DNA of 64,000 nucleotides from Scyliorhinus canicula. Taxonomy: Eukaryota. How positions within the stretch are numbered: the first letter of the stretch is position 1; every line of letters starts with the position of its first letter. Location of the stretch: NCBI RefSeq assembly GCF_902713615.1, contig NC_052152.1, forward strand, positions 52,365,810 through 52,429,809. Direction: 5' to 3'. Below are positions 61,290-64,000 of the stretch, piece by piece. The position numbers were made by a program, and so were the translations under genes. Below the pieces are notes generated by a model, which searched no databases, had not been told where the DNA came from, and was given only the letters and a program-made list of their open reading frames with translations.

Positions 61290-62030
61290 TCCCTTTGAAA
61301 GTGACGTTACAATCTCAGCATCAATAGCTGCTTGATGTAAAACATTCCAGATTCTCATAAAACCTTTACTTTTGCATCAATGCTATCGCCATAATCCTGA
61401 ACATGAACAGTCTATCAACTGGCAGAAACATTGTTTTTACTATTTACTTTCTCAAAATCATAAAGAATCATAGAACCCTTAAAGTGCAGGAGGCGGACAT
61501 TCAGCCCATCGAGTCTACACCGACTTTCTGACCCCACCTAACCTTTGGAAACTATGGGACGATTTAGAATAGCCAATCCACCTAACCTGCAATTCTGAAA
61601 ACTGTTACCTCTTCCAACTGTAAAACCTTCTGCTCCCATGCAAAAAAGTCAATATTCAAGCCTTTCATAACCTTTTCTTCCAAGTATAATTTCAGTGGAA
61701 TATTCTGTGGTTTTGCATTTCCAATGATTCCAAGAACCTTCTGATAAAAGGGATGCCCAGAATTGCACAAAGTATTCCATGTGATCTAACCAATTTTCTA
61801 TACAAATTCAAAATAATGTCCTTGCTTTGGTATTCAATGCCCCATGTGCAAAACAGGATCTCCCTGGCTTTTTATGGCCTTTCTTATCTGTGTTCAAATG
61901 TCAAATGTCTGTGCATTGGCACTGCCAGACTGTTCTGGTCTGACCATTTCAGTTATAATCATTTGCATGGTTCTTGCTCCCAAAATGTACTGCTTCTCAT
62001 ATTCTGCATCAAATTGCATTTGCCCAGCTA
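61290..62030 (-). mobile_element. Old CR1 fragment interrupted by a SINE tail (61467-61590)
   Basis: Reverse complement of RT C-terminal text (LVRSHGILCAIL..); degenerate. Confidence 0.55.
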
Positions 62031-62749
62031 TGCCTGAGCAAAGAGGCAAATTAAAGAGTTAAAAGAGCCAATCCTGTCTTTGTATAGAGTACATGTGCAC
62101 ACCATTGAATCAACATGCACAGGCATGGGCACAATCAACGTCTGGAGACGGTCACATACCATGCAGGGTGAATAAATAATGTCTCAACTGTACAAAGGTT
62201 GCGCTCTTGAGAAGAAGGTTATGCTCTTGAGCAGAAGGTTGCACAACAAGGCGAGTCAACCAGACGCACCCAACAACAGTTAGGAGGAAGAATGTCTGCG
62301 AATGCAAACGTCGCAGACAGTGATCACATTTCCCATCTCCCCGCCCCTCCCTTGACCTTCAGCCACTTCGAGGGGCAAGCAAGCAAGGGAGACTGGGTGG
62401 TTACGGGCAGTAAGTAACGGGTGAGGATTTTTTAAAAAGTGAATCATCGCTGGAGCTGCTACACACCTGTTAAGGTACGAGGGACATGGACAAAATGGGC
62501 AACATTATGGGGAGTAACCAAGAACAATTTCTCATAGAACTCGAAACAGTGAGGCGATAGATTAGCAAATTTGTCACCTTCCAACAAAAATAAGAGAAAT
62601 ATTGGAAGACTTCAATTACCCCAATACAGACTGCGAAAAATATATTGCTAGGGATCATAAGAGTCACAGATGTTTACAGCATGGAAACAGGCCCTTCGGC
62701 CCAGCTTGTCCATGCCACCCATTTTCTATCTCGAAGCTAGTCCCACTTG

Positions 62750-64000
62750 CACTGGAGTGCTGAACTGTTTGCATTTGAGTGCTACAGTGAGAGTTTGGTA
62801 ACTGACGGAATTAGGTGAGGAGGGAGTAAGGTGCTCCTTACATTTCATTTCCTATATTTATCAAAGAGCGTGAAGGGAGCCAGGAGTTTAGAGTACAACT
62901 GACTGGAAGCAGAGTCAGAGGGACAGTCGGTCTACGGGGCAGATAATTCTGGAAAGTAAGAGGGGATGGAGGCTAGGGCAGTTGCATGCTCCTCCTGTAG
63001 GATGTGGGTGGTGAGGGGAATAGGTAGGAGATTCTGTGGTCGCGAGCGAGACTCCCGGAAGGTATGTTGCCTCCCGGGTGCCAGGGATGTCTCGGATCGT
63101 GTCTTCAGGATCCTGAAGGGGGAGGGTGAGCAGCCAGAAGTCGTGGCGCACATAGGTACCAACGACGTAGGTAGGACAAGGGGTGTGGAGGTAATAAACA
63201 AGTTTAGGGTGTTAGGCTGGAAGTTAAAGGCCAGGACAGAGAGTTGTCATCTCTGGTTTGTTGCCGGTGCCACGTGATAGCGAGGCTAGGAATAGGGAGA
63301 GAGTACAGTTGAACACGTGGCTGCAGGAATGGTGTAGGAGGGAGGGCTTCAGGTATTTGGATAATTGGAGCACATTCTGGGGAAGGTGGGACCTGTACAA
63401 GCAGGACGGGTTGCATCTGAACCAGAGGGGCACCAATATCCTGGGGGGGCCTTCTAGTAGTCTTTGGGAGGGTTTAAACTAATTTGGCAGGGGAATGGGA
63501 ACCGGATTTGTAGTCCAGCAACTAAGGAAGCCGATATACAGGACGCCAAAGCACGTAGTGATGCAGTGGGGAAGGTAACACTGACCAAGGAGAGTACTTG
63601 CAGGCAAGGAGATGGGTTGAAGTGTGTATACTTCAATGCAAGAAACATCAGGAATAAGGTGGGTGAACTCAAGGCATGGATCGGTACTTGGGACTATGAT
63701 GTGGTGGCCATCACGGAAACTTGGATAGAAGAGGGGCAGAAATGGTTGTTGGAGGTCCCTGGTTGTAGATGTTTCAACAAGATTAGGGAGGATGGTAAAA
63801 GAGGTGGGGGTGGCATTGTTAATTAGAGATAGTATAACAGCTGCAGAAAGGCAGTTCGAGGGGGATCTGCCTACTGAGGTAATATGGGTTGAAGTCAGAA
63901 ATAGGAAAGGAGCAGTCACCTTGTTGGGAGTTTTCTATAGGCCCCCAATAGCAGCAGAGATGTGGAGGAACAGATTGGGAAACAGGAATGGTGCAGAAGT
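62750..64000 (+). mobile_element. CR1 LINE 5' portion: 5'UTR, ORF1 (SGNH esterase-like, internally deleted), start of ORF2 endonuclease
   Basis: VACSSCRMW; CLPGA; HIGTND; DGLHLN; ORF2 CVYFNARNIRNK..DYDVVAITETW; runs off the window end. Confidence 0.9.

Overview
Eukaryotic, intron-rich DNA, most likely from an elasmobranch (shark), judged from its HE1/V-SINE, CR1 and Penelope-type repeats. The one host gene I can support is PTGFRN (CD9P-1/EWI-F), on the minus strand. Eight coding exons (2-9) lie at 37124-7195. They encode six V-type Ig domains, a TM helix and a short tail, with GT-AG boundaries and all introns in phase 1. A probable ~3.4 kb 3'UTR follows. The signal-peptide exon was not identified with confidence. 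The rest is nested mobile DNA: a complete but decayed 4.5 kb Ty3/Gypsy element (two LTRs, 5-bp TSD), a Gmr1/SCAN-type Gypsy remnant, a second Gypsy remnant, LTR-like fragments, CR1, L1 and L2 pieces, about 20 V-SINE copies, other SINE families, and hAT, Tigger-like and Harbinger-like MITEs. The most notable observation is an apparently intact minimal type I hammerhead ribozyme at 29236-29277. It has a compensatory U3-A8 core and a palindromic stem III, sits on a 102-bp TSD-flanked Penelope-type insert, and is sense to the PTGFRN pre-mRNA in intron 3. A disabled sister copy lies in intron 1. The second is a perfect 16-bp LTR/PBS complementarity suggesting tRNA-independent self-priming of the Gypsy element. 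Repeat family names come from recalled consensus sequences, no searches were run, and repeat boundaries without TSDs are approximate.
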